Position numbers and translations under genes: made by a program. DNA of 63,686 nucleotides, the filler included, from Lenisia limosa (Eukaryota > Protista > Breviatea), in the NCBI GenBank assembly GCA_001655205.1. It is 11 parts of 11 records of this genome, joined end to end, with 100 filler letters (N's around TTAATTAATTAA, not from the genome) between each part and the next. Parts side by side here need not be neighbours in the genome. Positions count along the whole stretch, not along the records: positions 1 to 17,416 come from LPNZ01010282.1; 10 more parts are not named here. One strand, written 5' to 3'. The notes under the pieces were generated by a model. It searched no databases, had not been told where the DNA came from, and saw only the letters and a program-made list of their open reading frames with translations. This document shows positions 1-13,645 of the stretch, piece after piece (position 1 is the first letter of the stretch; each line of letters begins with the position of its first letter).

Positions 1-3000
1 AGTATCCATTGCCTCATACTTGTAGAAGGCAGCGACATGGTTTGTGGAGATGAGAGAAATTCGGTCCAAGAAGTCGTCAACCATAAAGGTGCAAACTGGG
101 GGAGGGGGGTGATAGGAAGAAGAAGGCCTCCAGTTTCCCTGTTTGTGTTTGCTGCTTTGTTACAATTAGGGGTTCATTTCTCGATGAATCTTCGATAAAT
201 GTCGATATTTTATCAGTCTTTTTCGAACCGAAGCGAAGCCCAAGTTACAATATATCATATAAGCCCCCCCCCCCCCNNNNNNNNNNNNNNNNNNNNNNNN
301 NNNNNNNNNNNNNNNNNNNNNNNNNNNNNNNNNNNNNNNNNNNNNNNNNNNNNNNNNNNNNNNNNNNNNNNNNNNNNNNNNNNNNNNNNNNNNNNNNNNN
401 NNNNNNNNNNNNNNNNNNNNNNNNNCAGCGCTACCAAGTGAGGGTTGATACAATGGCATTGAGTGAAATGATAGAGCATAACTCCTGTGTGTTGTTCCTA
501 TTAATTGTATTGCAATTTGGGTCAAAAAAAGCGGGATTATGACAGAACTCTTCCATTCCTTGGCAATTTCACAGAGTTTTCCATCCCTCCCACCTTGCAA
601 ATGGAGAGAATGCTCTTCGAGTCCTTCTCAATCGCTTCAGTGGCCGCTGTGTTGGGTGACGCGCTGGCTCGGTTCATGAGGGAGGTGTCAAGGCGGTGTA
701 CCAGCTCAGCGTAGCGCTGTGGGAGGGGATATGAGAACAATTATCGATTGTGACTATCATCATCATTGTCTACAGTACTAAAACCATCATCTTCATTATT
801 CCTATCATCATCCCTATCATCATCATCCTTGAAAAGGCAGTAGCAAGGCCCACCAATTGGACAGCGGAAGTGACTGCTTTGACATGGTCTTCGAACAAAT
901 CGAGCTCCATCCGCGCAAGGCTGACAAACAAATCTGGGGGGGGGGGGTCACGCTGGCGTGTAACAGAAAATACCAAGTATCCTCTGATGCGCAGAAAGAA
1001 AAAGTATTCACCCTCAATCACCCATACTTAAATCACTCTCATATGACTCAGGAACCCATGCTTAAATCACTCTCATACCACCAGGAACCCGTGCTTAAAT
1101 CACTCATATCACCAAGGAACCTATGCTTAAATCACTCTCATATCACCAAGGAACCCATGCTGAGCGTATTAGACACTCTCCCAATCCAGCATACGTCCAC
1201 TGGCATTCACCAATCCAGCATCCGCCCACTGGCATTCACCAATCCAGCATCCGCCCACTGGCGTTCACCAATCCAACATCCGCCCACTGGCATTCACCGC
1301 ATCGGGGACAATCTTGCGGATGTGCTTCGAGGCTGCTGAAGGGCCTGAAATGTGACGCGTAGCAGTGATGTNNNNNNNNNNNNNNNNNNNNNNNNNNNNN
1401 NNNNNNNNNNNNNNNNNNNNNNNNNNNNNNNNNNNNNNNNNNNNNNNNNNNNNNNNNNNNNNNNNNNNNNNNNNNNNNNNNNNNNNNNNNNNNNNNNNNN
1501 NNNNNNNNNNNNNNNNNNNNNNNNNNNNAAAAGAGAGGGAAGGGGAAGACAAATCTGAGGAGTTTTGGGAATTTGGAATGAGAGGGTTCGGTTTCAATCA
1601 CATTTGGAAAGAAGCCTTCAGAATCTGAAACCACCTCCGCACCAGAAATGAGAGTCACAAGTCCGCTGTCTCTGTTGGCAGGCAGGCGGCCGACTCGGTT
1701 GATAACTGCCCATCGGACAAACGCGTCCCATCCTGGATAGTAAGCGGTGTGCCCGTCCTGGATAGTAAGGGGTGGGGTGATTGGAAATTATATGGGAGGG
1801 CGAGGCGGGGGGNNNNNNNNNNNNNNNNNNNNNNNNNNNNNNNNNNNNNNNNNNNNNNNNNNNNNNNNNNNNNNNNNNNNNNNNNNNNNNNNNNNNNNNN
1901 NNAAGAACAGCACCCTCTAACCAGTTGCGAGAGCATAGATTGCCGCGACAGTGGGTGCGGTAATGAGCCCTCCAGCCAACAAGAAGCCGTCAATAAGCAC
2001 CAAAGCCACTGGACATAAGAGCCAAATCAACCACCGAAAAAAGTTACAGGCTAAGAGGGTATGGATAACGCTTGCTCCCATCCATTTTTCTCATCTATTT
2101 GACAGTAGGGTGACATTGACATCAACATCAACACTACACGGCATCCTATTAATACCATGACCCACAGGAGGACACAAGAGGACAGAACGGAATGTTAAGT
2201 GCATCCACGTCATAGAAAAGAATGCCGCAGAGATAGTAGAGAGATGACAGAATGACACCGATGGCTGGTGACAGGAGAATAACCGATACTCTGCCAGGGT
2301 GAAATGAAGTGACAGTGCTGATGAAAATTACTATTTTATCACAAGTTTATATTTCCCCTCGAAAACCGGCCTACCCAACAACGGTGAGAATGGCTGATGC
2401 AACGGTTTGGTAAATCACTGTTACTACGCTTGGTAGAATACCCTGTGAGTGTGATCAAAGCTGTAGGTTGTGACAAACCCGATGCAAGAGACAAATAAAC
2501 CCAAATATGGCCTGGAAAAAATATCTTATTGACCAAAAAGATGGTTTTTTGAAGAATAAATCAAAAAAATTGTATCAAAAAGGGGGGAAAGTGAATAACC
2601 ACCCACGAGGAAGACGTAGCTCCACATCATGTTGAACATCCGACCTATCGAAACTGGCTATTTGGTGAGTAATGGATTGTGTGTGGCATGGGAACTATTA
2701 AATTGTTTCACACAGCTCCTTCGGATCGAAATGAAGCCATAACAACAGAACATTAAACATACCAGGAACCCGTCGCGCGCTCTGTTCTCAAAGGTGTCAC
2801 GTGCAACTCCGACGTTTCTGTCTTCGTCAAACAATCAACACCATCACTCTGTGTACATACCAATTGGATATCAGACAGCAGCCTTCAATTGCTTACTAAT
2901 GTAGTCACCCCCCCCCCNNNNNNNNNNNNNNNNNNNNNNNNNNNNNNNNNNNNNNNNNNNNNNNNNNNNNNNNNNNNNNNCTGATTGACGCAGTCTCCCA

Positions 3001-6000
3001 CTTTCGGCGTAATAGTCTGTCTGGAAGGCTGATACCTGCAATGGTTATGAGCAACATGAAATGTGTAAGAGAAAGAAATAGTTGCTGCAAAAGACCCAAA
3101 AAGTAAATAACGGTCTCTAATTTTTACTGCAGTATTAATACCCAAACACTCTTGAAGAGGTTGGGTGCTTTCCTCAATACTGCACCTGCCACTTCATTGA
3201 AAATAGTATCCCTTAGCTAGGGCTTCACTTCGGTCTGAAAAAGACAGAATTTCTCGATAAATCCTAGAAAACTATCGGTATTTTACCGGTCTTTTTCGAA
3301 CCGAAGTGAAGCCCCACCCCCNNNNNNNNNNNNNNNNNNNNNNNNNNNNNNNNNNNNNNNNNNNNNNNNNNNNNNNNNNNNNNNNNNNNNNNNNNNNNNN
3401 NNNNNNNNNNNNNNNNNNNNNNNNNNNNNNNNNNNNGGCAAGACACCTAGGGATGATCGTGACCAAGTCACATGAAGAAAGAAGATTTAGTCTGTGCAAT
3501 TGATAATATCACATGTATACATTCGTTAATCGTGAAAAGGTGAAGCCCAAAAGTCTGTGACCCTCACCTCATCAGAAGAACAACAGGACGCCACCCGAGA
3601 TACTTCGCCTTGATGTCCACGCGTTTGCTCTACAAGATCAATGTCAGCGGTGTAAATTCTAAAAACAGAAGACTTAGAAGAAAAAGACCAGCATATCATA
3701 TGTAAGTATACAATATCATATATTAGTACAGGAATAAAGACTATTATATGCAACTGTATGATACGATACTTGAAACTGTAAAACGATCGGTTTAAAGCAG
3801 AAAGAGCAAAATTCATGAGAATATCAAGTATTGCATCCAGTCAACAAGCATACCCAGGAAACAGAGTACTGGTCTACCACTGGAGTGATGCGGCTGAAAT
3901 AGAGCTGAAGTATGAGATACTTTTAGGAACAATATAATACATCACATATCATATCGTATAGTATATAATATAACAGAAGAATGTTGCAAATATTTCAAGT
4001 AATTACTGATTGTAGTCTTTTACAGTATCTACTTGAAGTCCACAGGTTACCGCCATACCTGGATGCTGCGATGAGTGCCTGGCTGCTGCTCCTCAAGCCA
4101 AAGCTCCTTATCATCCTGTGGGGAGAGGGGGTTAGTTGACTTTTGTAATGATATACTACAACATAAAAGCATGTAATCCAACAATCTTCAACAGGCCATA
4201 TATTGACAAGCTTCAACAAGAGATGAGTACAGCACGTATGGTATTATATTCATTTGATGCGGTTTACCCTCTTGGTAACTAAGTTGCTGATTTCCCAATG
4301 TATTATTTTGAATCATGATATTTAATCGTGCCCCCCCCCCCCAACAATGCACTTTTTGATGTGGCTGAAAGTGGCCATCCCCACGGGGCTGACATCCTCG
4401 GGGTCAGGAGAGGTGGCCTGTTGGGGTCAGAAATGGAGAGTGATTCCCAAAGATGATAATTCTGTTCATTTGAGAAGTTATCTCCAATCCCTCTTTACAC
4501 CTAGAAATGTAAGCAGGGTATAAACCAATTGAAGAAGAATAATGCCCTCATTGCTCAAATGTTCCATGTAGAACCACTGGCCCCATAATCTCAACCATGT
4601 AGAACCACTGGCCCCATAATCTCAACCATGTATAACCACTGGCCCCAACTGACAATGAAGTCGAAGTACTGGCTGATGAGTTCGTGGTCCTCTCCCTGGA
4701 AGATCAATATGGGTTATGTGTGTAAATGAGGAATAGAAAAAGGACTGTGAGGCCAAAGCCCTCCACTTCCTCCCGTTTATCAGTTATTGATAAGAGAGAA
4801 ATAGCATATCGTGGTAAGATGAAGAATTAACAGTGGAGGTGATGAGATGAGCTTTGTTTTGTGAGTTAAAGGAAAACAGAAACATTTCAAACCACCAAAA
4901 CGCCTCAGCCAACCAAAATCAGAGCGGCCTTGCCACGTGACTCTAAGCACTGAGCGATCTCGCGCTGGAGCCACCAATCCATGCAGCTGCGGATGGGGTA
5001 TTCTTTCTACACTGTGTAAATATCGGCAATAACTCGGTCTAAACTGAGTGACATCTCTCTTCCTTAATAGAGCCAGAAAACCATAACTCTCACCACAAAG
5101 CTCTTCTTAAGTGCCTCCTTGAACTCTTTTTTGATCGTTTTCTTTGTTTCCAAGTAATCGCTTAGGGTGGTATTGATTTGAACAAAATCCCTGAAGGCCT
5201 AAAATGGTTAATTTAAAATAGCATGCACGTGAAAACAATACGTGTGACATTATATTTTAAACATTGGGATTAAAAGAACCTTTTAAAGAAGGTATGAAAT
5301 TAGAAGGATTACTAACATAAAAATCTTTAATTTTAAAAACATCAACCAGAATAGTATACATGATGTGCTATTCTCGCCCTCACCTCGGCCGCACTGTCAC
5401 CAAGTTGCGTCCGCATTAACGTGTCGTCCCTCCGAAGGTACAACAGAACTGTTATGAGTTGGGCTGCTTTGACGCGATGCTCAATCTCAACCGCTCGTTC
5501 AACACCAGTAAGGCCTTCATTCTAGGGGGGGGGGGTAATCAGTCAGATGACTCTACAGTACTATCTCCAATGACCAAAATTGTTATTGAACTTAAATAAT
5601 CCTATGAATACGGTAATTTAAAGGACAGGATGACATGATGGTCAACATACCCAGGTTTCTTCGCCGAATGTATTGCGGTAGTCTGCCTCTACCTAAAAAA
5701 GTGAAAAGGAAACACCCTTCATTTCCTGTGTTCTTAGGACCCATTCATTTTTAAGGATTTATTTACAAATTCAGCCCTTAAGGAAGTCCAACAGGGTCAA
5801 AAATAATATCACTACATTATTTTTTAAAATATGAATTTAATCTATATTTAATGGTGATGTGCTAAAAACCCGGTTGTTATCTTAACCAAACTGAAGCCAC
5901 CAACATACGTCATTCCAGGCACGTGCAGCATTCTCTAGATCCGCCATGGCCAAACTGTTGACACGGTTGCCAAATAAATCGGAATAATTCGACTGGTAGG

Positions 6001-8981
6001 GTGAATTGAGGTATAAGTGCATCACTCGCAACAATACCCCCGGAACATGGCTTACAGGGAGGTACATCAGAAGGTTAATGAGCTGAGACGGTTCCTCTTC
6101 TAAACAAGTGAGTCCGAGGCCAAAGTAGTTTTCATTCTGATCCCTGGGGCCTTAATGGTACTGGCGCCATCTTTGCGCTTTTTAAGAGTCAAACTGCAAA
6201 AGCAACAGTCTGACCATCGATAACACTTATTAATTAAGAAATCAGAAAAGTGGATGTAATTCCCTTCTGCTATCCAATTCGACAATACCATGTACAATTG
6301 ATATAGGGTGTTAGTACTCGATGATCTTCATTCGTTAGGATTAAGATCGCATGGTCTCACCAGTTGCTGGGACAACGTAGCTTGCCGTCGGGATTTCCTT
6401 CCTGCTGAGCAACTCTCTGGTTGTGTCATCGGCGTCAATGGACTCGAGAATCCGCTCATGGTGGTCCAAAATTACGGGTTCAAGCCCTGATGTGAGAACC
6501 TGGAGCAATGAGTAAAAAAAAAAAAAAAAAAAANNNNNNNNNNNNNNNNNNNNNNNNNNNNNNNNNNNNNNNNNNNNNNNNNNNNNNNNNNNNNNNNNNN
6601 NNNNNNNNNNNNNNNNNNNNNTCCCAGTCCATTTGTTCTCACGGGATGAAATATAACGTTGAAAAGGGGACAGAAAATTAGATTACACAACAAGCAGTAC
6701 ATGGCTAGTTCTATAAGCGTATTTCTATTTCTGAGCCCGTGTACAATAAACGCGTCTTTGTTATCGCGCGATGGAGTCTTTGTCAGGGGCAAACCAAGAA
6801 CACAACTGAGAGATGGTAAGTGGCACGGTTTATGTGGCGATGAAAAGACTACTGAACAGGATTAATTGCTCCCTTAGTTTCGACAGTCTCATCTTTCATA
6901 CCCCCCACTCCAGAGCATTTGTAGCAAGGGCCAGCGACGACTTGGCTCCAGTTGCGAGAAGTGGGATGCGGTATGACGTCCCTTCAATGGGCCCAGTGGC
7001 CATGCTGAGAGCAGTGCCGATGCCGAATCTAGGGGTGAGCCGATTGATCATTTAAAATGTGTTTTTAAAAAGTCATTTATTGCCATAATTGTGTGGGAAC
7101 TCAAGTTGTTATTTGGAAAAAAGGTTGCATAGAAGAGTAGGAAAATCAGGAAAGGTATCAACATCCACCTACTGGAAGAAGTTCTTCAGTTTTTCAGAAC
7201 CGGTTTGAAGAAAGGGGTGAACCTACATATTACAACAATTAAAGGAGAAAACAACAAAAGGAAAATTAAACAAACTAAAGGAGAATACAATAAAGGCCAA
7301 ATTTAGTAGTTTAGCTTCTTAAACAATCCGACTGCAAATTATTGACCAACACAATCCGTCTACAAATTATTGAACAACACAATCCGGCTACAAATTATTG
7401 ACCAACATAATCCGGCTACAAATTATTGACCAACACAATCCGACTACAAATTATTGACCAACACAATCCTTATCATATCGATAAGACTTGATCAAGGATC
7501 TAATCTCGAGCCAAAAAAGAAAAGCTATCAAAATTGTCGAGAATATCTGAAGAAACCCTCTGAAGACTTCTGAGCCCTCCTTGCAAACCTTCCAACGGTA
7601 TGACCCTGGTAGCTCTGATGATTTGACCTGGAGGCATTAGGAGAATCCATTCAAAATGGCCAATATGTAGGATATGAGAACAGTAAGAGATACATATCTA
7701 TTTAAGAGATGGAGATATCCCCGTCTACCCCTTACTAGGTAGGGTGTATAGTGTATAGTTCTGCCATACCTCAAAAGTACCATCTTGCTTAATTGAGTCT
7801 TTTTGCTCTTGGTTCAGCAGCTTTCGGCTCCCTGACTCGTCTGTTGGGAAATAGGGTAAGAAGATAACTCCATCAGTCACCCTGTAAGAAACGCTACTTC
7901 CCTTCCTAAAATCTCTCAATAAATACTCTGAGACATATCACTCCTTGGCACTTACCGAAGGCAAGGCTGCGAATATCGGGGCAATGTCCTGACTGCTTCT
8001 CTGAAGGGCTATATCGTCAGTGACCAAGGAATTGGAGAATAAGAAATCTGAGAATGCAACAAAGGCGGCCAGATGTATTGAAATGGAATTAAAGAACGGT
8101 TGTGTGAGATTAGTGGTAAAAAAACAAGAGAATATTCGAGGTATCAATTCAATTTGGGCTTATTTTTTTTCCTACGCATCCCTCCAACAACTCGGGAAGG
8201 TTACGACAGGCTTGGACCGAAGCAGGGGGGCGCAACTTGACTGCGGAAATACGAACTGCATTCTGGGAAAGGGGTGAAGCAACACTGATGTGTAACAACA
8301 TTGCATTTGATATAATGTATTGTAAGAGAGAGCAAAGGGTACTGCACCACCTTTAATAATTGTTAATTGCTCAAAGTGATTCTATCATTTTCGTACCAAC
8401 AAGAAGCCGTGATCATACCTCTTCAATCACTGACTTGGGGTCACCACCGGTAGGAGGGGGGAGCGCAGTGAGAGTCGCGGCGATTTCAGAGACAGCCGGG
8501 TATGGTGGCGGGTCTTCCTAAAAGGTGATTAAATTTGACAAAGCGATAAACCGCCGGAAGGACCAACTGATAAATATATTTTGCACCACTTGCCTCAACA
8601 AATAAACATATCATCAAGCAAACATCAGAATTATTGTCATAGTATGAGATGTGAGAAATAAGGTAGTATCTGGGTAAAACTAGCCACCCTCACAAGAGAA
8701 TTCATCTCATGGCTTCAAGCCGTGCAATATGAATTTTCTGAATGTCGCCACCAACCTCATCAGCCATTCGAATATCCACATAGTTTCGCTTTGTTCTGTA
8801 AAGAATCAAACATGAAAGAGGTGCACTATCAGTTTCCTAGAATGGACGAAGCTTTGCAAATCGGAGAAACACAAAATCAAAATCCCCAAACATCCACAAG
8901 TTACTCTCCCTATTTTTCAGCATACTGGAGGGGGAAGAGAGGGGCAGTGGTGATGGAGATCAAGCTGTCGTCAAGGTCCAT
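1..8981 (-). CDS. Multi-exon hypothetical protein with a hydrophobic (membrane) block; 3' end runs off the window; may be more than one gene
   Basis: More than 20 short GT-AG exons on the minus strand with plausible translations, e.g. VLTSGLEPVILDHHERILESIDADDTTRELLSRKEIPTASYVVPAT (~6345-6500), KRVDIKAKYLGWRPVVLLMR (~3565-3625), NVGVARDTFENRARDGFL (~2760-2820), VALVLIDGFLLAGGLITAPTVAAIYALATGWDAFVRWAVINRVGRLPANRDSGL (~1640-1995). The ATG at 8981 is tentative. Confidence 0.5.
167..243. mobile_element. hAT-type MITE (family B), with perfect 8-bp TSD
   Basis: TAGGGGTTCA...GAAGCCCAA flanked on both sides by GTTACAAT (159-166 and 244-251). Confidence 0.8.
1025..1160. repeat. Intronic minisatellite, ~32-34-nt unit x4
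   Basis: Unit ATGCTTAAATCACTCTCATATCACCAAGGAACCC repeated with small indels. Confidence 0.85.
1182..1297. repeat. 29-nt tandem repeat x4 starting exactly at a 5' splice site
   Basis: Minus-strand unit GTGAATGCCAGTGGGCGGATGCTGGATTG; the first copy begins at the donor GT after exon ...KIVPDA. Confidence 0.85.
3218..3316. mobile_element. hAT-type MITE (family B)
   Basis: TAGGGCTTCACTTCGG...CCGAAGTGAAGCCCCA terminal inverted repeats; right flank runs into an N gap. Confidence 0.75.
4564..4646. repeat. 31-nt tandem repeat (~2.7 copies) just inside a 5' splice site
   Basis: Unit AACCACTGGCCCCATAATCTCAACCATGTAG; minus-strand donor GT at 4653-4652. Confidence 0.8.
7335..7470. repeat. Intronic minisatellite, ~28-30-nt unit x5
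   Basis: ACAAATTATTGACCAACACAATCCG(A/G)CT repeated. Confidence 0.85.
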
Positions 8982-9426
8982 CTTGGCCGGACTCAATGCT
9001 CGCTCAATGCTTCAACAAATGCTCTGACGACGCTCTGACTGATGTTTCTTATATTGCAACTCTTCAACTCTTCATCTGATTCCTGCCTGATGCCTGATGC
9101 CTGATTCTCAAATTTCCAATTAACTCGATATTATCCTCGATAAATTTCGTGAAATAAATCATGCCAACCAATTTGCCTCTCCCTCGCCTCTTCCTCCTTT
9201 CTGTTATATAGTAGTGGAACCAGAATAGGTTACAGAAGAAGACACAGGCGACACATTCTGGACATATCACACAATAATTGAAGTTGCAAGAAAAGAGAGT
9301 GTGTTCAACTTTGTGTTTCCAAACACTCTCTGGTACCGGTATAATTCTCTCTGGTACATTCCTTTCAGAGTACCAGTATAAGACGGATCAATGTGTCAAA
9401 TAAACAATTCCTGCTGAAGACACAAG

Positions 9427-12400
9427 ATGGCTGATAAAGGGGGCACCCCCACGGTGCTTCTTACGTTCCCTTCTCAGGAGACCTTAGTTCGTAAGCCGTC
9501 CCCCCCACCTAAGCAAAAGAGCAGAAGCAGCTCCCCAAGAACGCCATTATCGGCTCGTTCTGGTTCACACAAACACACTCTTCAGGTAAGCAGGCTCACA
9601 GCCACCTTATGAAATATATCAAGCTTCATTCAGTTGCATTGGCAGAGACTATTTACCTTTAATATTGGACAAATGTTTGGGCAAAATGAAGAGAGACAAT
9701 ATTAAATATAACTATTGCTATTACATGAATATAAGGCAGGTTTATCAGGTTGTGGTGCAAACAATGTCTTATTTATGGCTTATTATCGTGATGGTGTGGA
9801 AGGGCTCTCTGTGTGACACTTCCTTTTTATCTCATAATACATATCACTTGAGTTGTGGACGTCTTTGATGTTAGCCTTTAAATATTGCTAATTTTTCATT
9901 TTCCATCCCCCAATCCCCAACCGCCAATCCACCCTGACGCTTCAGCGAAGTACGTCTGCACGGCGCTGCAGCTCCCCATCCCTCGGTCATGAAGCGACGG
10001 GACATACAAGAAGGAAAAGGNNNNNNNNNNNNNNNGGGGTAAAAATGATGGTCTACTCCCGGCGAATGCTATGTAAATGATCCGTTCTTAACGCAGTCGA
10101 AGGCATTCATACATTTAATTGTTCCAGCCCTGAGCCTCGACGTGTAAAGTTGCGCCAGCGTAACGAAAGTGAGGTATGCTTCAGGGTGGATAGTGAGTCT
10201 GTTGATCTACACACTGGTACCGAAAGACTGCTAACATCCTAAAGGTGCACCGCTTGGAATAGACTGAGATGGATTTTTACATTACTGTGGATCGAATTCC
10301 AACGACCATGACTTTTGAACTTCTGTTTACTTTTTTAGAAGCTTACCACATCGGTTTCTTCGTTGTCACTTAAAGGTAGGGGTAAAGTACTTCCTGAAGC
10401 ACAGCTCTTCTTTCTTATATTTTTTGCTCTTTCTTGCTTTTGCAAACTCCATGTGTCTTTTGAATTTATTTCACTTCTCCAGCAAGTGACACTTCCACAT
10501 CTCTTCATGGAACCAAAAGTGAAAGGTTGGAATGCCTGGCGGTATTGGTTTCACTTCCGCAATAGTAAATGCGTTCTCCTTTTGCTTACAAGGTCATAAG
10601 GAACGGGAGATAGTGATTCGGCTTGCTAACATAGTATTAATATCTCCTTACTCCTCGCGTTTGCTCCTAATCCCTGGCATTATTTGGCAAGAACTAAGCT
10701 TCTCTCAACCCTCCAGCCAACTTACTCGTAAAAGTGAAGATGCCCAACTCCGTGAGGTAGAGCAGATCTATGCCTCCGCCGTTTACGCCCTAGCCGAGGC
10801 TGACAGGCTACTTGACAAAGCGAAACGCTATCGTAAGCCTTTTATGACAAGTGTTTGCTTTCACCAAACACCACATACATTATTTTTGTTGCTTTTTGCG
10901 TACCATGCATATCTTCCTAATTTTTCAGAAAAGCGGTTAGAAATGATAGAAGCTGAAAAAAAGCCTATTGTGGAGCTAGTCAACAAAGCAAAGGAATTTT
11001 TGGGGTAGGCTGGGCGGTTCTCTTTGAAAGTTGTACTAAGTACCTTTATCACATTAGTTTTTTTCAAAAACTTGTGTATATATGTATATAAGTGAATGTA
11101 TTATGTATCGCCATTTTCGTGTTCTTAACAAAGATAACACAACCCAGGATAACAGATTATGATGACGAAATTCCTGACACGGATGAAATCCTTGAGTTGA
11201 TAGAAGAACTTAATGGTACGGTGACATGTTCTACTGTCAATATCGCAATTTTTCTGTTTTCTTTTTATTATTTTTGAATAATTATTAGATTTCATTGATT
11301 TTGCTTTTTGGTCTCATCGCTACCCCCAGAGCATCGGCAAATGGTGGCGGCTGAGATTTTGGCTACTGAAAAGACCCTCTACACAAGCTTGACGAGCTGT
11401 GTTGATGTTTACAAGACCACCCTTGCCCCCATCATAAAGCCCGTAGAATTGAACCTCATCTTTGGAAGTTAGTGAAGGCCTCATAGCGTTCCCTCTATTG
11501 ACCCAGTACCATTTGACGCATTAGACTTTGATGCGGTCATTAAAGTGAGCTCGCAGCTGGCGGAGGCCTTGGAAGCTGTTGTGGCTGATTGGTCCCCTAC
11601 TCAAGCCATATCGCCTGTCTTTTTGAACCCCGATGTAAGTATTGACTCGGCAAGGGTATTGGTTTTTATAGCACTATTATTATTTGTTGATTATCAGTTT
11701 TACCATTATCAAAGTTCGCCCTGCTGTCTTACTTTTTGCCCCAATTATTGTAGCACCAAGTTAACCCTGCAGATTGACCTGTTGCTGCCCTTTTCTGACT
11801 TCACCAATCATTTTGATGAGGCCAGGGATGCCCTTCTGAAAATTTCCAACTCAAAAGCTGCAGCTGCCGCGCTCAAGGTTAACGGGGGGTAGAAAGATGA
11901 CTTTCTGATTTCCTATTTTGTTTTTCTTACAAATACCCTTGTACTTTTCATGCCTAACCTACCTTATTAGGAAGCCCATGCTGACAGCCGTGTAAAAAGG
12001 CTCTCAATTCCCGACTTTTTGATTATGCCTGTGCAGCGCCCCCCACGTTACGTTTTACTCCTAACTGAACTTCTGAGAAATACCCTACCAGAGCATCCAG
12101 ATTTTGAGGGACTTTTTAAGGTGAGTCGTTTGAAGTATTTTTCTTTTGACCAGGACTGTTATGTCCAATTGTAATTGTATTCACGCCTGTGAGGTTTTCT
12201 CTTGGTTTGCAGTGCGTATGGGTATAGTTTCACGGAGGTTTAGAAGTACTCTTTATTTTTCTGTTCAGCTCGCCTCATGTTATCATTGTTGAGACTCATA
12301 AACAAGGCACTTACTCGGGTGAAAGATGTTGCGGATGAAGTGAACATGAGAAAGAAAAACTACGAGTCAAAACAAAACATGATGAAGGCAGTCTCCAGTA

Positions 12401-13645
12401 TTGAAGGAATTAATGTGAGTGTAATGGATTCGGATGTTATAGCAGACGGGTGTTCCCAAACCATAAAGAAGGGAAAAGATGGAGGGAAGTGTCTCGGAAT
12501 TATTCCTTTTTCATAAAACTAATACTGCTCTCGTTTCCTGCACATTGGTGCTGTCACAAATCACCCCTTTTTTATACTTTGAACATACATATCCTAAATA
12601 TTACCATACTGTGTATGATATTCAATGTACAATGTGTGTCATCCTAGCTTTACCATAACTTGAGTGGTATAATTATATATGATATAAGATTACACGCCAT
12701 TTACTGTATAGCTGTGCCCCATCCAACTTCATTTACCTCTATAGCTACCTACTAATGAAGACCGTTCGTTTATTCGACAAATGCCTGCAAGAGTATGGGG
12801 GGGGGGGGGNNNNNNNNNNNNNNNNNNNNNNNNNNNNNNNNNNNNNNNNNNNNNNNNNNNNNNNNNNNNNNNNNNNNNNNNNNNNNNNNNNNNNNNNNNN
12901 NNNNNNNTCATAACTTGTGAAATTGGGATCTTAGTTATCAAAATCAGTATTTCCTCATTTCACCAGGTTGCCAAATCCGACCGACATATGTACTTGTTCT
13001 CTGATTTCCTTGTCTTGGGTAAAACGAAGAAAAAGGATGGTCCCCATGGAATGCCTGTCATCAAAATGATTGATAGTTGGAAGTAGGATGGGTTTTCTGG
13101 TTGGCAACTTGCTTTATTGACTTGAGCTTTCTTTGACTCATTGCATTTCAGTTTCGAAATTAAAGTGTGGGGAATTGAGACCTGCGACATGCACAATGGT
13201 TTTATTCTTTTGGTTTTTTCTCATTTCTCATAATTATACTACCACAATCTCCTTGCTGCAGATGACCGTCTAGGGTGTCCGACTTAAGGGTACAATGCTC
13301 ATCGCCCACAATTGCCACTCTCCACAATGGTATGTGAGTTCCAGCATAAACTCTCTGTCATGGTTACTCATCTCTTCATATTTCTATCAAGGTATTAATA
13401 TCAAGTTTCAAAGCTGGGAATAGTGTTCAATATGGGAAGTTAGTAATATGTCTTGAAATTTTACCCCTTTTCTTTTCTCATAATCCAAAATTGAGGAAAC
13501 ATAAACCTCACCCCTTTCAGGCGACTCCCAGGGAGCCCCATCAGTCGAATTCACCACCCCCGTGGATTTGATAGCAATTGAACAGGCTTGCAAAGAGTCA
13601 CCTTCGCCAAAGCCCTCGGACGAGCCTGTTGAAGAGGCCGCCTGA
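9427..13645 (+). CDS. Dbl-family Rho guanine-nucleotide exchange factor (DH-PH), multi-exon
   Basis: DH start EHRQMVAAEILATEKTLYTSLTSCVDVYKTTL...IFGS (~11330-11470); DH signature LSIPDFLIMPVQRPPRYVLLLTELLRNTLPEHPDF (~12000-12105); PH core RHMYLFSDFLVLGK (~12980-13025); Ser/Pro-rich first exon from ATG 9427; likely last exon ...PVEEAA* ending 13645. Confidence 0.85.
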
